Positions 62,990 to 64,000 of a DNA stretch of 64,000 nucleotides are shown here, one piece after another. The stretch is taken from NCBI GenBank assembly GCA_023460085.1, contig JAEWRI010000022.1, positions 135,487-199,486 on the forward strand, given 5' to 3'. The notes below the pieces were generated by a model that ran no database searches, was not told the DNA's origin, and saw only the letters and a list, made by a program, of their open reading frames with translations. Every line of letters begins with the position of its first letter. Positions within the stretch are counted from its first letter, which is position 1. The position numbers and the translations under genes are program-made. Source of the DNA: Bacillota bacterium (GTDB lineage: Bacteria; Bacillota; Clostridia; Christensenellales; SZUA-584).

Positions 62990-63331
62990 CTTGTCAGCCT
63001 ATAAGAAGAAGGAAGGAAAGGCTATGGCTACAAAAGCCTTTCCATTACCTATAAGGATTACTCCCTACATAGATATAGTGCTAAGAAGGGTTATTTCCTA
63101 TAGGTTTTTCAGCAGAAATTTTAAATACTTTTGAGTCGGACTTTAGTTAATCCAATCACCTTAAAACCCCTGTTTAAAGCCATTTTAGCTACTCTAAACA
63201 CTAGTTTTGGCATCTAAGAAGTGCTATTGAATCTATTATTTGGGTATGATAAACTAAGATTGTAGTTAAGAGTTGCAACAATTAACACCAATAAAAATTA
63301 ACAGCCGCAAGGCAGAAAGCGAGTAAATATA

Positions 63332-63691
63332 ATGACTAATAATAATAACAATGAAGGTGTAACTAATATGAGTGAACAGAAGGAAATGTTAATTCCCATT
63401 AAGTCATTAGCACCTACAAAGGTAGTAGCAATTAGCAGAAAGTTTGTTGAGGATTTCCATGCTACAGCCGGTAGAGAAGAACAGCTTTGGATTGAATCCC
63501 ACATTGAAGCGGCTTTGGAAAAAGCCATTAAGGAAAAAGGCGTTGTAAAAGGCAATAAAGAATACTTTGCGGCGTTCCGCACTGAATTCGTTAGAAAGTT
63601 CTTCCCTTCGCTGGTTTCCGAAAAGAAGTATAAGCCTAAAGAATCTTTGCTTGAAACACTGCGGAAGAACAGAGAAAAAGGCGGCAATTAA
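63332..63691 (+). CDS. Hypothetical phage protein (lysogeny-side orientation)
   Basis: 119-aa ORF. The alternative start ATG 63368 has a better GAAGGTG SD. Confidence 0.5.
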   Translation: MTNNNNNEGVTNMSEQKEMLIPIKSLAPTKVVAISRKFVEDFHATAGREEQLWIESHIEAALEKAIKEKGVVKGNKEYFAAFRTEFVRKFFPSLVSEKKYKPKESLLETLRKNREKGGN

Positions 63692-63734
63692 ACAGCGGCC
63701 TACTATGAAATTTAAGTAGAAAGGGGAAGGCGGT

Positions 63735-63953
63735 ATGCCTAACAAGGCTAAGTATGATAAATTGAATAAACTGATAGCCATTAACTTAATCAAGTGCGGC
63801 TACAGGAAAGAAGAATTAGCTAAGTTGTTAGGCATATCGCTTTCAACTCTCTATAAGAAGCTAAACAAGCCAAACACCTTTACTTATTCAGAAATTCAAA
63901 TACTGTTCTACAAGCTAAAGTTTACCCAAGAAGAAATACTGGCTGTAGTATAA
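63735..63953 (+). CDS. Small HTH DNA-binding protein
   Basis: 72 aa. RKEELAKLLGISLSTLYKKLN helix-turn-helix. GGGGAAGG SD. Confidence 0.6.
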   Translation: MPNKAKYDKLNKLIAINLIKCGYRKEELAKLLGISLSTLYKKLNKPNTFTYSEIQILFYKLKFTQEEILAVV

Positions 63954-63985
63954 AAAGAAGGCTTAAACGTCTTCTTTCTTTTTAC
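63954..63985 (+). terminator. Intrinsic terminator
   Basis: aaagaaggc-ttaaac-gtcttcttt stem followed by cttttt. Confidence 0.55.
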
Positions 63986-64000
63986 TTATTAAAGAATTCC

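Larger units (their letters stand above)
42805..64000. mobile_element. Siphovirus-type prophage (left end at tRNA fragment; right end beyond window)
   Basis: A contiguous AT-rich block encodes holin/endolysin, tail fibres, Dit, tape measure, G/GT chaperones, major tail, connectors, capsid, scaffold, MuF-like, portal, TerL, TerS, a replication organiser with iterons, and HTH/RHH regulators. No sheath gene. The integrase is not in the window. Confidence 0.85.

Overview
The window has two parts. Positions 1 to ~42,720 are GC-rich chromosome; a hand count of 12001-12060 gives 40/60 G+C. The gene content looks like an anaerobic Firmicutes/Clostridia-type host (inference). In order it holds: YqeC/XdhC-like molybdenum-hydroxylase accessory genes at the left edge; a minus-strand sugar/ketose operon (TPP enzyme, Gfo/Idh/MocA oxidoreductase, split transketolase, RpiB-like isomerase, IclR regulator, GPH symporter); a 13-kb, ten-gene minus-strand operon of unknown function (described below); an ArsR/HMA/P1B-ATPase metal-efflux operon; a radical-SAM DNA-repair gene pair; an alpha/beta hydrolase; a sugar ABC transporter + GatZ/KbaZ + short glycyl-radical enzyme (GRE) + activase locus with a YesS-like AraC regulator; and an ABC-F ATPase. 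From ~42,805 to the window end lies an AT-rich siphovirus-type prophage (50401-50460 = 18/60 G+C). It starts at a tRNA 3'-end fragment and runs lysis, tail, head, packaging and early genes on the minus strand. It continues beyond position 64,000, and no integrase or second att copy is visible. No rRNA, complete tRNA or CRISPR array was seen. The best candidate for an undescribed system is the ten-gene operon at 9,498-22,343. It has three dynamin-like GTPases (LeoABC/Eleos-like) and an orphan LytTR regulator with a degenerate receiver. It also has two papain/C39-like proteins (one with Cys-His-Asp, one lacking the aligned Cys), each followed by a paralogous small protein. A 317-aa orphan and a ~1,090-aa membrane-associated HerA/FtsK-type ATPase complete it. 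All functional calls rest on motif recognition by eye and no database search was possible. Start codons were chosen from SD spacing and may be off by a few codons.
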